Assembly: GCF_006345805.1 (NCBI RefSeq)
Contig: NW_021836810.1
Location: 1-36,855 of the forward strand
DNA length: 36,855 nt
Direction: 5' to 3'
Source of the DNA: Octopus sinensis
Taxonomy: Eukaryota
Below, piece by piece: positions 35,786-36,855 of the stretch (the stretch's first letter is position 1; each line of letters starts with the position of its first letter). Under the pieces are notes generated by a model. That model did no database searches. It was given only the letters and a program-made list of their open reading frames with translations, and was not told where the DNA came from. The position numbers were made by a program, and so were the translations under genes.

Positions 35786-36100
35786 ATACTAAAGAGGTAG
35801 ATGTGTGTTGATTAAGAAAGATTATATCAATATGAAAATCTTTGATCTGGTTTATGTTGTAAGTTTATGAAGAAAAACACAACGTGAATTTGTAGATATT
35901 GATAAGGAGAAAAAACTTACCACCTGGAGGGAAATAACATGAAAGACGGAGAGTGAAAGAGAATAATTAAGCGAAAAGAAACACACACAAAAAAATAAAA
36001 AAAAGAAAACCACTGACACACATAGACACACACTCGTCAGTCGGTTGCGAACTTTTTCGATTTCAAGGAAAGAAGGATTTGGCCCTACAATCCTAATGTT

Positions 36101-36236
36101 TTTTCTAGAAGAGGCACAAAGCCTGGAATTTAGAGAGATGGGGCTATTTGGTATGAAAGGCGAAGTCGACTTCAGTTGAATTTGAACTCAGAACGTAGCG
36201 GCAGGCGAAATATCGCTAAGCATTACGGCCGGCGCC
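36101..36236 (-). mobile_element. Internally deleted Nin-like SINE
   Basis: ggcacaaagcctggaattt...atgaaaggcgaagtcgac...tttgaactcagaacgtagcggcaggcgaaatatcgctaagcatt. Confidence 0.7.
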
Positions 36237-36240
36237 TTTT

Positions 36241-36255
36241 AATGATAATAATAAT

Positions 36256-36324
<69 letters not shown>

Positions 36325-36335
36325 TATAATTATAA
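36241..36335. repeat. (AAT)n microsatellite
   Basis: Directly visible. Confidence 0.95.
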
Positions 36336-36700
36336 TGGCAATGATTATAAATATGCAGGTTTCTATAGTGCCCCAACATGACCGCAGTCTAATGACTGAA
36401 ACAAATAAAAAGGTAAAAATGTAAAAATAAAATGTGTGTGTATGTTCGAAGAAGGGGTGGATCTGGTGCATGAACAGCAGTCTAATAAAACACTCGCCCC
36501 CACCTCATGATTCTTAATCCATGGCACCATAAAGATATTATCTGCCCCGTAAAGATTGCTGAGTAACTTAATCCTACAAATCTGAACTTGGTATAAAAGA
36601 ACGGAAATAATTTTAAGTTATCTGATATATTATATATACTACATGGTTATGTGCGTGTGTATATATATATATATATATATATGCATGTATGTATATATAT

Positions 36701-36751
<51 letters not shown>

Positions 36752-36855
36752 TATATATAGTATGTATGTATATATCGCTTTAATGGGTGACTATTATCGG
36801 CCTGGAGGGAGTGATTTTATGCAGATGAACTCGTACATAAAATAGAGATGCGCAA

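Overview
This is a eukaryotic, AT-rich, apparently non-coding window saturated with microsatellites and interspersed repeats. The SINE families and repeat landscape suggest a coleoid cephalopod, probably Octopus; that is recalled family resemblance, not a search result. I can support no intact host protein-coding gene, rRNA, tRNA gene or CRISPR array, and almost every ORF in the supplied track is a translated microsatellite. Supportable content: (1) three tRNA-derived SINE families, one forming three separate concatemers with a 183-184 bp period; (2) a decayed R2-group (R4/Dong-like) retrotransposon C-terminus with zinc knuckle and restriction-like endonuclease (30954-31593); (3) a probable CR1/L2 3' remnant; (4) a hAT-type and a mariner-type MITE; (5) four long-arm inverted duplications. 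The two best leads are a repeat family carrying a hammerhead-ribozyme-like core with a palindromic helix III (9815-9900, and an inverted pair at 20701-21023), and the precisely phased headless SINE concatemers, which may reflect a circular or SINE-homing 184-nt element. Coordinates of degenerate repeats are approximate (about 5-20 bp) and identities were judged by eye.
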